DNA from: an uncultured Microbacterium sp.
Lineage (GTDB): Bacteria > Actinomycetota > Actinomycetes > Actinomycetales > Microbacteriaceae
DNA: 64,000 nucleotides
Assembly (NCBI RefSeq): GCF_943912325.1
Contig: NZ_CALTTX010000006.1
Location: forward strand, 11,737 to 75,736
Direction: 5' to 3'
Positions 39,001 to 48,172 of the stretch are shown piece after piece; the stretch's first letter is position 1, and every line of letters begins with the position of its first letter. Both the position numbers and the translations under genes were made by a program. Below the pieces are notes generated by a model. The model did no database searches. It had not been told where the DNA came from and worked only from the letters and a program-made list of their open reading frames with translations.

Positions 39001-39643
39001 CCTCGCGCGCGATGTCGGCCTGCCGCCCGAGGGGCTTGAGCTGGCGTCGCACTTCGCCCGCAAGGTCGCTCAAGCGTTGCAGGTTCTGCTCCATCGCGTC
39101 GAGCTTGCGCACCGTCTTGTCTTTGCGGCGCCGGTGCTTCAGGATTCCGGCGGCCTCTTCGATGAAGCCGCGACGATCCTCGGGCGACGCCTGCAGCACC
39201 GTGTCTAGGCGCCCCTGGCCGACGATGACGTGCATCTCTCGCCCGAGACCCGAATCCGACAGCAGCTCCTGCAGGTCGAGCAGCCGGCATCCCTCACCGT
39301 TGATCGCGTACTCGCTCTGCCCGTTGCGAAAGAGCGTGCGGCTGATCGTGACCTCGGCGTACTCGATCGGCAGGGCGCCGTCGGTGTTGTCGATCGTGAG
39401 CGTCACTTCGGCGCGGCCGAGCGGCCCTCGCGTCGACGTACCGGCGAAGATGACGTCTTCCATCTTGCCGCCGCGGAGTGTCTTGGCGCCCTGCTCCCCC
39501 ATGACCCAGGCAAGCGCGTCGACGACGTTGGACTTGCCCGAACCGTTCGGCCCCACGATGGCGGTGACGCCGGGTTCGAAGGCAAACGTGGTCGGCTGGG
39601 CGAACGACTTGAACCCCTTGAGCGTCAAGCTCTTCAGGTGCAT
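36098..39643 (-). CDS. smc: Chromosome partition protein SMC
   Basis: The start is [43 protein letters not shown] (Walker A). It has long coiled coils and a hinge. The C-terminal signature [36 protein letters not shown] is present. Confidence 0.9.
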   Translation of the reverse strand: [1181 protein letters not shown]

Positions 39644-39852
39644 TCGCGTTGCCTTTCGCCGGTCTGGTGCGGAATCACGGTACCGGATGCCGGGGGTCGG
39701 GCCCGCGCGCATCGCCGCTCTCCGCCTCCTTCTGCCCCTGCTCGAGGTGCCAGCCCCGCCCGGCGACACGCCGCGACACGCCCGGCATGTTGACGAGCCA
39801 CGCATCCATTCGCTACGGTCATCAAGCACCCGAGACCGAAAGGAGGTCAGTC

Positions 39853-39948
39853 ATGATGATGTTCACTCTCACCACCGCGACCGGCGGCATTGCGCCCCGT
39901 CTGCGTGGATTCGTGGCGACCCCCGGCTCGGGATTCCGCGGCTGCTGA
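39853..39948 (+). CDS. Candidate small ORF / leader peptide (31 aa: MMMFTLTTATGGIAPRLRGFVATPGSGFRGC)
   Basis: A near-perfect RBS GAAAGGAGG lies 6 nt upstream of a triple ATG. It is divergent from the smc promoter region and is followed by a structured, pyrimidine-rich leader. Confidence 0.3.
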   Translation: MMMFTLTTATGGIAPRLRGFVATPGSGFRGC

Positions 39949-40184
39949 GGCTGCCGCCGAGCCGGCGCTGACGCCTTCCGCGTCAGGTGCCCGTCGCTGC
40001 ATCGCGCCGCATTCGCTCGTGCGATGCGCTGATCGGCCCGTGCCGACAGCCCCGTCGCTGGGGCAGGGTCACCGCCTTCCCCACGGCGGCACCCTCACCG
40101 CCTCTCTCACGGCGCCACCATCGTGGCGCGTCTCCGACGCAACCCGCGTCCTCCCCTTCTTCCCTTCTCTCCAGGACTCTCTCG

Positions 40185-40486
40185 TGAACACTCTCACCAC
40201 CTCCGCTCCCGCACAGGCGACGCGCCCGCGCGCCGCTCACCCGCCCCATCCGCAACGCCGCACGGGTCTGCTCGATCGCGCTGCCATGCGGCTCGGTCTC
40301 TGGCTGCTTCTCTGGAGCCGCCGCCCCGCACAACCCCGCGAGACCGCGGCGGCAGACGCACGCACCCGCGCCGCGCACGATGCGCAGACGCGGCACGACG
40401 CACTGCGCCTCGCACACGGGCTGCCTTCGCACGCACGGCACCAGCACCACAACCAGCACCACAACCAGAACGGACACCGCTCATGA
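40185..40486 (+). CDS. Candidate small protein with a His-rich C-terminus (..HARHQHHNQHHNQNGHRS)
   Basis: An open frame with actinobacterial GC3 bias. Its stop overlaps the ATG of the downstream GNAT gene (ATGA), implying coupling. Its start is uncertain (GTG at 40185 or ATG at 40289). Confidence 0.3.
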
Positions 40487-41586
40487 CCGCGCAGCACGAC
40501 GCGATCGCCTCCGGCATTCCCGGCATTACCTTCCGCCCGCTCGGCTTCCCGACGACCCTCGGGGAGCCGGGCGGCGCCGACATCGCGGCCCTGACCGAGG
40601 TGCGCAACCGCATGTATCGCGAGATCAACGGCACCGACGACGAAGACATCACGCCCGAGTACCTGCTGGCCCTCTACCAGCCGAGCCCCGACGAGGATCG
40701 CCTCGTCTGGATCGTCGAAGATGGCGGCTCAGCGATCGGCCGCATCGGCGTCGACATCCCGCACGAAGATGGCTCGCGCTCGGCATATGCGCTGATCGAG
40801 CTGCTGCGCTCCGCGCAAGGGCGTGGCATCGGCCGGGCCGCACACGCTCTCATCGAGAGCGCCGTGCGCGAAGCGGGGCGTAGCGTCATTCAGACGTGGG
40901 CGCAGCACAACGATGCACCCGGCGAGCGCCTCGACGCTCCGACGGGTTTCGGCAGCATCCCTCGCGATCGCGACGCGCGGTTCCTCGAGCAAGCGGGCTA
41001 CAGCCTCGAGCAGATCGAACGCCGAAGCGCCCTCGACCCGCGCGCGAGCGCGGCCCATGTCGACGCGCTTCTCACCGAGGCACGAGCCGCAGCCCCGGAC
41101 TACCGGGTCGTGACGTGGACCCTGCCGACGCCGGCCGAGCACGTCGCGGGCTACGCGCACATGAAGGAACGCATGTCGACCGATGTGCCGACAGCGGAGC
41201 TCGAAGTGGATGCCGAGACGTGGGACGCCGAGCGCGTCGCACGCCACGACGCACGCTACCTCGAGGGCGGTCAGACGTGTCAGGTCACCGCCGCGCAGCA
41301 CGTCGAATCGGGCGAGCTCGTCGCTTACAACGAGCTCGTGATCAGCGAGGACCGCACGCGCCCGACGAGCCAAGAGGACACCCTCGTGATCGCGGAGCAC
41401 CGTGGTCACCGTCTCGGCCAGCTCGTCAAGTGCGCCGGGCTCGTCGCGTGGCGCGACATCGCACCCGAAACACGCAAGATCATCACGTACAACGCGGAGG
41501 AGAACCGCCCCATGCTCGACATCAACGAGCGCATCGGTTTCACACCCGAGGTCTACATCGGCGCGTGGAAGAAGGTGCTCGCATGA
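40483..41586 (+). CDS. GNAT-family N-acetyltransferase (two GNAT-like halves)
   Basis: The start is MTAQHDAIASGIPGITFRPLG... A GNAT motif A-like segment (AEHRGHRLGQLVKCAGL) is present, and the C-terminal ITYNAEENRPMLDINERIGF is conserved with the downstream paralogue. Confidence 0.7.
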   Translation: MTAQHDAIASGIPGITFRPLGFPTTLGEPGGADIAALTEVRNRMYREINGTDDEDITPEYLLALYQPSPDEDRLVWIVEDGGSAIGRIGVDIPHEDGSRSAYALIELLRSAQGRGIGRAAHALIESAVREAGRSVIQTWAQHNDAPGERLDAPTGFGSIPRDRDARFLEQAGYSLEQIERRSALDPRASAAHVDALLTEARAAAPDYRVVTWTLPTPAEHVAGYAHMKERMSTDVPTAELEVDAETWDAERVARHDARYLEGGQTCQVTAAQHVESGELVAYNELVISEDRTRPTSQEDTLVIAEHRGHRLGQLVKCAGLVAWRDIAPETRKIITYNAEENRPMLDINERIGFTPEVYIGAWKKVLA

Positions 41587-42656
41587 GTTCCGTCGTCACG
41601 ACGGCCGTCGTCGTTCCCGAGAGCATCGATGCGCCGAACGCACAAGACATGTTCGACATCGCGACGCTCCGCAACGAGCAGCTCGCGCGCCTCCTGGGCA
41701 GCGACGAGTACGCGATGACCCCCGCGCAGGTGTTGGCGGCGTGGCAGGACGACGCCGACGAGCGAACGCACGGCCGTCTGCGGCGCGCTGACAGGCGACT
41801 CGTCGCTTCGGCATCCGTCGGCCTGCCCCGCCAACCCGGCACGACGATCGCGTACGGCAACATCCGCACGCGCGCCGCCGACGCCGGCCAGGGGCACGGT
41901 AGCGCGCTCGCGGAAGAGATCGAGCGGATCGCGCGCGATGACGGCCGCACCGTGATGCAGGGCTGGAGCGAGCACGGGCCCGAGGGCAAAGAGCGTCATG
42001 CCGCTCGCACAGGGCACGGCTCGGTGCCGCTCGATGACACCGCCCGCTTCTTGCTCGGGCGCGGCTACACGCTCGAGCAGGTCTACCGCAATAGCGTGCT
42101 GACCGCCGAGACGGCGCGAGCGCGCATCCCCGCGTTGCTCGACGAGGCCCTGCCGCACACCGAGGGTTACGTCTTCGAGTCGTGGGAAATGCCGACGCCG
42201 CCCGAGCACCTCGCCGGGGTCGCCTACATCCGCAACCGCATGTCGACGGACGCTCCGAGCGGCGATGCGGAAACTGAAGAGGAGCAGTGGGATGCCGAGC
42301 GCGAGGCCCGCCACGAGCAGGTCGCTCTCGACAGCGGCTACCGCTCGATCTTCGGGGTCATGCGGCACGCAGAGAGCGGGGCGATCGCCGCGCTCAACGA
42401 GCTGTTCCTCGATCCCGCGCACCCGAGCGTCACTCATCAGGAGTACACGCTCGTGCTCAGTGAGCATCGCGGCCGCCGGCTCGGCATGGCCGTGAAGTGC
42501 CTCACTTTGCTCGAGTGGCTCGAGCTCGTTCCCGAAACGGAGCGCATCGAGACGTACAACGCCGAAGAGAACCGGCCCATGCTCGCGATCAACGAGGCGA
42601 TGGGCTTCACTCCCCTGCGCTACTCGGGGATGTGGCAGAAGAAGCTCGTGCCGTGA
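41583..42656 (+). CDS. GNAT-family N-acetyltransferase, paralogue of the upstream gene
   Basis: Its start overlaps the upstream stop (ATGA). The motifs SEHRGRRLGMAVKCLTLLEWL and IETYNAEENRPMLAINEAMGF parallel those of the upstream copy. Confidence 0.7.
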   Translation: MSSVVTTAVVVPESIDAPNAQDMFDIATLRNEQLARLLGSDEYAMTPAQVLAAWQDDADERTHGRLRRADRRLVASASVGLPRQPGTTIAYGNIRTRAADAGQGHGSALAEEIERIARDDGRTVMQGWSEHGPEGKERHAARTGHGSVPLDDTARFLLGRGYTLEQVYRNSVLTAETARARIPALLDEALPHTEGYVFESWEMPTPPEHLAGVAYIRNRMSTDAPSGDAETEEEQWDAEREARHEQVALDSGYRSIFGVMRHAESGAIAALNELFLDPAHPSVTHQEYTLVLSEHRGRRLGMAVKCLTLLEWLELVPETERIETYNAEENRPMLAINEAMGFTPLRYSGMWQKKLVP

Positions 42657-42711
42657 GACGACGGACGCCGCGGGGAACGCTCCCCCGCGGCATCCATTCG
42701 CTCACGTGCTC

Positions 42712-44052
42712 TCAGCTGAGCTTGGGCTTCACCTGGCTCGTGTAGATGCCCTCGAGCGTCGACTGCAGCGCGGTGAGCGTCGACTTGACGTCGGCCTGCT
42801 GTGTCACGATCGAGGCGACCGACTTGGCGATCTCTTGGTCGGCCCCCGGAAGGAAGACGCGCGCCCAGTCCTGCGTGTGCGTCACGTCGAGCTGCTTGAT
42901 CGCGGTGCCGATGAGCGGGTTCTTCTGCAGGAGCGAGGCCGTGTCGGCGTCGTTCTGGACGGGCAGGTAGCCCGTCGCGCCCGAGAAGGTGACCGTGTTC
43001 TCGGCGTTCGTGAGGAACCCGATGAACTGCGCGGCGGCGAGCTGGTTCTCTTTCGAGATGCCCTTAGGGATGCCGACGCCCGCGCCGCCCGTGGGGCACA
43101 CGTTGGTCTTCGCCTCGGGACCGCCCGGCAAGAAGCCGACTCCGACGTCGAACTTGCCCGCGACGGCCTTCTGCACGCCGACGAGCGAACCCGTCGACGA
43201 CAGCGTCGACGACGTAGCCCCGGCCGCGAGGTCATCGCTGCCCGACTTGCTCGCGACGGTCGCCCACTTGCCGGTGTAAACCGAGTCCTGCACGTACTGC
43301 AGCGCCTTGACCGAGGCGTCGGAGTCGGTCGTCAGGTCGAACGAGTCCGACTTCGACCAACCACCGCCGTAGCCCCACAGGATGTTCTGCAGCGTCCAGC
43401 CCGCGTAGTCCGCGAGGGCCGGGTGCTCGTAGGCCGGCAGGCCCGTTGCGGCCGTGAGCTTCGGCGCCCACTGGGCGAACTCTTCCCACGTCTCGGGAGC
43501 ACGGTCGGGCAGACCCGCCTGCTGCCAGTGCGCCTTGTTGTAGTAGAACAGCGGCGTCGAGCGCGCCCACGGCACGGCCCACTGCTCGCCCTTGTAGGCG
43601 TAGTCGTTGAAGAGGCCCGGGCGGTAGCCCGCAGCATCCACATCCGCCGCCTTCAGCGCGTTGCCGAGCGGAATGATCGAGTCCTGCAGGTAGTAACGGA
43701 ACCACCAGACGTCGGAGAACACGACGATGTCGGGGAGCGTGCCGCCCTGCTGCGCGGTCTGGAACTTTTGCGCGACCTCTTCGTAGTTCTTACCGGCCGT
43801 GACGAGCTCGACCTCGATGCCCGTCTTGGCGGTGAACGCCTGGATGATCTGCTGCGTGACGTCTTGCGAGCTACCGGGGTGGTTCGACCAGAAAGTGATC
43901 TTCTTCGCGGGGGTGACGCCCGTGAAGTCGGGGCCACCGACGGGTGCCGTGCTGGCGCCCGTTCCGCCGCCGAGCGAGGGGCCGGAGCAAGCGGTCAGCA
44001 GCACCGCCGCCGCACCGAGCGACGAGAGCGAGAGGAATTGACGACGATCCAT
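42712..44052 (-). CDS. Sugar ABC transporter substrate-binding lipoprotein
   Basis: It has a Tat/lipoprotein signal (MDRRQFLSLSSLGAAAVLLTACSG) and the family-1 SBP fold typical of carbohydrate uptake systems. Confidence 0.85.
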   Translation of the reverse strand: MDRRQFLSLSSLGAAAVLLTACSGPSLGGGTGASTAPVGGPDFTGVTPAKKITFWSNHPGSSQDVTQQIIQAFTAKTGIEVELVTAGKNYEEVAQKFQTAQQGGTLPDIVVFSDVWWFRYYLQDSIIPLGNALKAADVDAAGYRPGLFNDYAYKGEQWAVPWARSTPLFYYNKAHWQQAGLPDRAPETWEEFAQWAPKLTAATGLPAYEHPALADYAGWTLQNILWGYGGGWSKSDSFDLTTDSDASVKALQYVQDSVYTGKWATVASKSGSDDLAAGATSSTLSSTGSLVGVQKAVAGKFDVGVGFLPGGPEAKTNVCPTGGAGVGIPKGISKENQLAAAQFIGFLTNAENTVTFSGATGYLPVQNDADTASLLQKNPLIGTAIKQLDVTHTQDWARVFLPGADQEIAKSVASIVTQQADVKSTLTALQSTLEGIYTSQVKPKLS

Positions 44053-44119
44053 GGGTGTGGGACCTTTCAGGGTGTGGATCTGAGGGGCACTTATCGGGGG
44101 TGGAACGGATTTCGGTGGA

Positions 44120-45043
44120 CTACTTCACGGCGCCCTGGGTCAGGCCCGCGACGATGTAACGCTGGAGGAAAGCGAAAACGATGAGGACGGGAACGATCAC
44201 GAGCACGGCACCGGCCATCAGCACGGGGTAGGCGCTCGCGTCGCCCTCGATGTTCTGCAGCAGAGTGAGACCGACGGGAAGAGTCATCATGCGGTCATCC
44301 GTCGTGATGACGAGCGGCCAGATGTACTCGTTCCACTCGTTCACGATCGTGACGAGCGCGACGGTCGCGATCGTCGGCACAGTGATCGGCGCGACGATGC
44401 GGAACAGGCGACGCGCGTGCGAGGCGCCGTCGAGCTCGGCGGCTTCGAGGATCTCGGGCGGGAGCGCGAGGAACTGCTGGCGGAGCAGGAACGTGCCGAA
44501 CGCGGTGCCGAGGCCGGGCAGGATGATGCCCCAGTACGTGTTGATGCCGCCGAGCGACGCGATGAGCGTGAAGTTCGGCAGCAGCGACACCTGGGGCGGC
44601 ACCATGAGAGCGACGAGGATGCCGACGAAGACGACGTTCTTGAACGGGAACCGCACGAACACGAGGGCGTACGCCGTCGTGAGCGCGAGCAGCACCTTGA
44701 TGCTCGCTCCGACGACCGTCACGATGAGCGAGTTGCGGAAGAGCGTCACGAAATCGACGCGCTCCGACGCGCTCACATAGGCGTCGAACGAGGGGCTCGC
44801 GGGAAAGACGACGAGCTCGTTCGTCACGATCTCGCCCGGCTGTTTGAGCGAGCCGAGTAGCATCCAAATCAGCGGCAGGCCGACGATGAGCGTCGCGATG
44901 ATGAGGGGCAGATACCCCGTGAGGATCGTGTTCGCGACGTGGCGCGGAGCGTTCCGGCGGCGGCGAGGCGAAGCATCCCGAATCGTGTTCTTTTCGATGA
45001 CGGATGCCTCATCGCGAGCGACGTGATCGACGAGCGCGCTCAT
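44120..45043 (-). CDS. Carbohydrate ABC transporter permease (MalG-like)
   Basis: It has six TM segments and the EAA loop (..EAAELDGASHARRLFRIVAP..). Confidence 0.85.
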   Translation of the reverse strand: MSALVDHVARDEASVIEKNTIRDASPRRRRNAPRHVANTILTGYLPLIIATLIVGLPLIWMLLGSLKQPGEIVTNELVVFPASPSFDAYVSASERVDFVTLFRNSLIVTVVGASIKVLLALTTAYALVFVRFPFKNVVFVGILVALMVPPQVSLLPNFTLIASLGGINTYWGIILPGLGTAFGTFLLRQQFLALPPEILEAAELDGASHARRLFRIVAPITVPTIATVALVTIVNEWNEYIWPLVITTDDRMMTLPVGLTLLQNIEGDASAYPVLMAGAVLVIVPVLIVFAFLQRYIVAGLTQGAVK

Positions 45044-46026
45044 GCGTAGTGCACCCGTCGCTCGACGAACCGCAATTGCACGACCGTGATGATGAGCAGA
45101 ATGACGAACAGGATCGTCGAGATCATCGCCGAGTAGCCGGCGCGGTTGTAGCCGCCGAACGCCTGCAGATACGCGTCGTACATGAGCGTCGTCGTGCCGT
45201 TACCGAGGGGCGTCATGATGCGGATGAGGTCAAAGGCCTGCAGCGAGTTGAGGATCGTCGTGATCACGAGGAAGAACGTCGTGGGCGAGAGCAGCGGGAG
45301 CACGACCGAGAAGAAGCGCTTGATGGGCCCCGCACCATCGAGCGACGCCGCATCGAGCAGGTCGGGTGAAACCGACTGCATGGCAGCGAGATAGATGACG
45401 GCGCAGTAGCCGAGGTTCTTCCAGACGAAGACGAGAATGACCATCGTCAGCGACAGCCCCGGCTGCAAGAACCACTGCGGGACGGGGAGCGAGAAGCTCC
45501 GCAGAATGGCCGAGAGCACGCCCGTCACGGGGTCGAAGATGAACACCCAGACGAGACCGACACCGACACCCGAAAGCACGTAGGGCGCGAAGACCGTGCT
45601 GCGCGCGAACACCGTGCCGCGTAGCTTGCGGTTGAGCACGGTCGCGAACGCGAGACCCAGCACGAGCGAGCCGCCGACCGTCGCGATCGTGAAAATCGCC
45701 GTCGTTCCGAGCACGGCGCCCGCTTCGCCCTTCGAGAAGAACTCGACGTAGTTGCCGAGTCCGATGAAGTTCGCCGTCGGGCTGCCGAGGGTCCAATCGA
45801 GTAGCGAGTACTGGATGTTCTGGAGCACGGGGCGGTAGCTGAAGAGCAAAATCAGGGCGATGTTGGGCCCGGCGAACGCGAGAAATATCCAGAAGTCACG
45901 GCGACCGCGGTGGGTCCGAAGGATGCCGAGCCCGGTGTCGGTGCGGCGCACTTTTGCCGGTCGCTTCGGACTATCAAGGCCCACACTCGGGCGCGCCGGA
46001 TCGGCGAGTACTGCAGTCGGGGGCAC
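45040..46026 (-). CDS. Carbohydrate ABC transporter permease (MalF-like); the start is uncertain
   Basis: It has the EAA motif (DAASLDGAGPIKRFFSVVLPLL) and multiple TM helices. Its stop overlaps the next permease start. Confidence 0.8.
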   Translation of the reverse strand: MPPTAVLADPARPSVGLDSPKRPAKVRRTDTGLGILRTHRGRRDFWIFLAFAGPNIALILLFSYRPVLQNIQYSLLDWTLGSPTANFIGLGNYVEFFSKGEAGAVLGTTAIFTIATVGGSLVLGLAFATVLNRKLRGTVFARSTVFAPYVLSGVGVGLVWVFIFDPVTGVLSAILRSFSLPVPQWFLQPGLSLTMVILVFVWKNLGYCAVIYLAAMQSVSPDLLDAASLDGAGPIKRFFSVVLPLLSPTTFFLVITTILNSLQAFDLIRIMTPLGNGTTTLMYDAYLQAFGGYNRAGYSAMISTILFVILLIITVVQLRFVERRVHYA

Positions 46027-46198
46027 GTCACGACGCTAGGAACCGATCGCGAATTCGCGGGGCTTCTCTCCTTACAGCGCACCGAACGCCAGGTGAACGT
46101 CGAGTGACTCGAGCATCAGAAATGTCGGTTCGGATCCATCCGCTCGCGGCGGGTCCGAATCAACTCGATGCCGTCAGACCGTGCAATGCTCGACTCGG

Positions 46199-47137
46199 TC
46201 ATGCCCTTCGCTGGCAGCGCGGGCAGAAGTGCGAGGAACGGTTCGTGAAGGCTTCGCGGCGGATCGGCGTGCCGCAGCGGGGACACGGCTTGCCACCACG
46301 GCCGTACGCGTTGAGCGAGTGCGCGAAGTAGCCCGCCTGGCCGTTGACGTTGACGTATTGCGCATCGAAGCTCGTGCCGCCTTCGGCGAGCGCCTTCAGC
46401 AGCACCGCGCGTACCTCGCTCAACAGCCGCCGCGCGGCGCGGCCGCTGAGTACGCGCGCGGGGGTCTCGGGGTGAATGCGCGCCGCCCACAGCGCTTCGT
46501 CCGCGTAGATATTACCGATGCCGCTCACGACCCGCTGGTCGAGCAGCACGCGCTTGACCGCGCTCGCGGGGCGCGCGAGCGCGCGAACGAATCCATCGTC
46601 GTCGAACGCGGGGTCGAGCGGGTCGCGCGCGATGTGCGCCGCCTGCGAGGGCACGGCCGCGGCATCCGTCCCCCATCCGCCCGCCGCACCGTCGGGCGTC
46701 GCCACGAGCGCATCGACGGCGAGTGAGCCGAAGGTGCGCTGGTCGGCGAAGACGACATCGATCGCGCCATGAGACGGATGCTCGAGGTGCAGCCGCACGC
46801 GTTCGTGTCGTTCGAGGGGGGCACCCGGCGCGCGCAACAAGAGCTGGCCACTCATGCCGAGGTGCGCGAGGATCGCGTCGGTCTGGTCGGTCGGGTGCAG
46901 TTCTTCACGGCGCGGCTTCAGCGGCAGCCAGAGAAATTTTCCGCGCCGAGCTGCTCCGAGAATCGAGCGACCGGCGAGACGGTTCTCGAAGTCGGCCGCG
47001 ACGTCGAGGCCATTCGGGGTCGCCAGATGGCGTGTCAGCGCGCGATGGTCGCGCGCGTCGACACCCGCAACGAGAGCACCCGTAACGGCCGGCTCGAGGC
47101 CCGCACGCACGACCTCGGCTTCAGGAAGCTCGGGCAT
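46199..47137 (-). CDS. mutM: Formamidopyrimidine-DNA glycosylase
   Basis: The N-terminus MPELPEAEVVR contains the catalytic Pro2 and Glu3. The C-terminal zinc finger is CPRCGTPIRREAFTNRSSHFCPRCQ. Confidence 0.85.
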   Translation of the reverse strand: MPELPEAEVVRAGLEPAVTGALVAGVDARDHRALTRHLATPNGLDVAADFENRLAGRSILGAARRGKFLWLPLKPRREELHPTDQTDAILAHLGMSGQLLLRAPGAPLERHERVRLHLEHPSHGAIDVVFADQRTFGSLAVDALVATPDGAAGGWGTDAAAVPSQAAHIARDPLDPAFDDDGFVRALARPASAVKRVLLDQRVVSGIGNIYADEALWAARIHPETPARVLSGRAARRLLSEVRAVLLKALAEGGTSFDAQYVNVNGQAGYFAHSLNAYGRGGKPCPRCGTPIRREAFTNRSSHFCPRCQRRA

Positions 47138-47172
47138 GGTTCAGCGGCCAGTCACTCGCGGTCACACGCAGC

Positions 47173-47922
47173 TCAGGCGCCGCGACCGGTGACGCGACGC
47201 CACGCGTCGAGCGCCGCTGCCATTTCGGCTTGCTTCTTGCTCGTACCCTCACCGTGGCCTTCGATCTCGCCAGCCGAAACGGTCGCGGCGAAACGCCGCT
47301 GATGATCGGGGCCCGACGCGGTCACCTCATAGACGGGGGCCGGCAACGAGGCAGCTGCGGCGGCCTCTTGCAGCGACGTCTTGGGATCCATCGCCGCTCC
47401 GTAACGATCGGGATCGGCGAGCAACGGCTCGACGAGCCGCAACACGAGCGCCGTCGCCTGGTCGTTGCCACACGACAGGTAGGTCGCACCGATGAGCGCC
47501 TCGGTCGTGTCGGCAAGGATCGAGTCCTTATCGGCCCCACCCGTGCGCTGCTCGCCCACGCCGAGCCGGATGAACGCACCGAGACCCAGGCCGCGCGCGA
47601 CCTCGGCGAGCGCCAGGGTCGACACGACGCTCGCGCGTCGCTTCGCGAGGTCACCCTCGTCGAGCGCGGGAAAGCGCCGGTAGAGCATCGACGTCACGGC
47701 GAGGCCGAGCACCGAGTCGCCAAGGAACTCGAGGCGCTCGTTGTGCGCAATACCGCCGTGCTCGTACGCAAACGAGCGATGTGTCAGGGCGACGGCAAGA
47801 AGCTCGGGGTCGATTTCGACCCCGAGCTTTGCACTCAGATCCTGAGGTTCGTGAGACTGCGCCGGGTGACCGTGGTCGACGCGGGCGCTTCCGTCAGCGG
47901 TGACCGCTGGGATGTCGCTCAC
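47173..47922 (-). CDS. rnc: Ribonuclease III (GTG start)
   Basis: It has the RNase III signature ERLEFLGDSVLGL and a C-terminal dsRBD. Its start is immediately downstream of rpmF. Confidence 0.85.
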   Translation of the reverse strand: MSDIPAVTADGSARVDHGHPAQSHEPQDLSAKLGVEIDPELLAVALTHRSFAYEHGGIAHNERLEFLGDSVLGLAVTSMLYRRFPALDEGDLAKRRASVVSTLALAEVARGLGLGAFIRLGVGEQRTGGADKDSILADTTEALIGATYLSCGNDQATALVLRLVEPLLADPDRYGAAMDPKTSLQEAAAAASLPAPVYEVTASGPDHQRRFAATVSAGEIEGHGEGTSKKQAEMAAALDAWRRVTGRGA

Positions 47923-47929
47923 GACCTGA

Positions 47930-48139
47930 TCAGACGTCGGCGACCTTGCGGCCCTTGTACTCGAGGAACAGCTCGGTGCCCTGCGAGTCGGTGACGACCT
48001 TGGCCTGGTGAGGACGGCTGTAGACGACCTTGCCGTTCTCGATCGTCTTGACAAGCGTGGGCGCTTCGGCCTTCCACTGCGCGCGGCGCGAGCGGGTGTT
48101 CGAGCGCGAGACCTTGCGCTTCGGGGGGTTACCAGCCAT
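47930..48139 (-). CDS. rpmF: 50S ribosomal protein L32
   Basis: The sequence [23 protein letters not shown] is the L32 signature. Confidence 0.85.
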   Translation of the reverse strand: MAGNPPKRKVSRSNTRSRRAQWKAEAPTLVKTIENGKVVYSRPHQAKVVTDSQGTELFLEYKGRKVADV

Positions 48140-48172
48140 GACTGTCTTCCGTTCTGTCGTGCTCTTCGCGGA

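Noticed and set aside
40123-40482. An N-terminal extension of the first GNAT ORF (487-aa track ORF starting at 40123)
   Set aside because: The upstream 120 codons are Pro/Arg-rich and lack GNAT homology. An ATG at 40483 aligns with the paralogue start, so the extension was treated as a separate or non-coding leader.
46027-46198. Possible tRNA in the permease-mutM intergenic region (..gggtccgaatca..)
   Set aside because: The T-loop-like GGTCCGAATC has no matching acceptor or anticodon arms, and the consensus GGTTCGAATCC is not met. No cloverleaf could be built.
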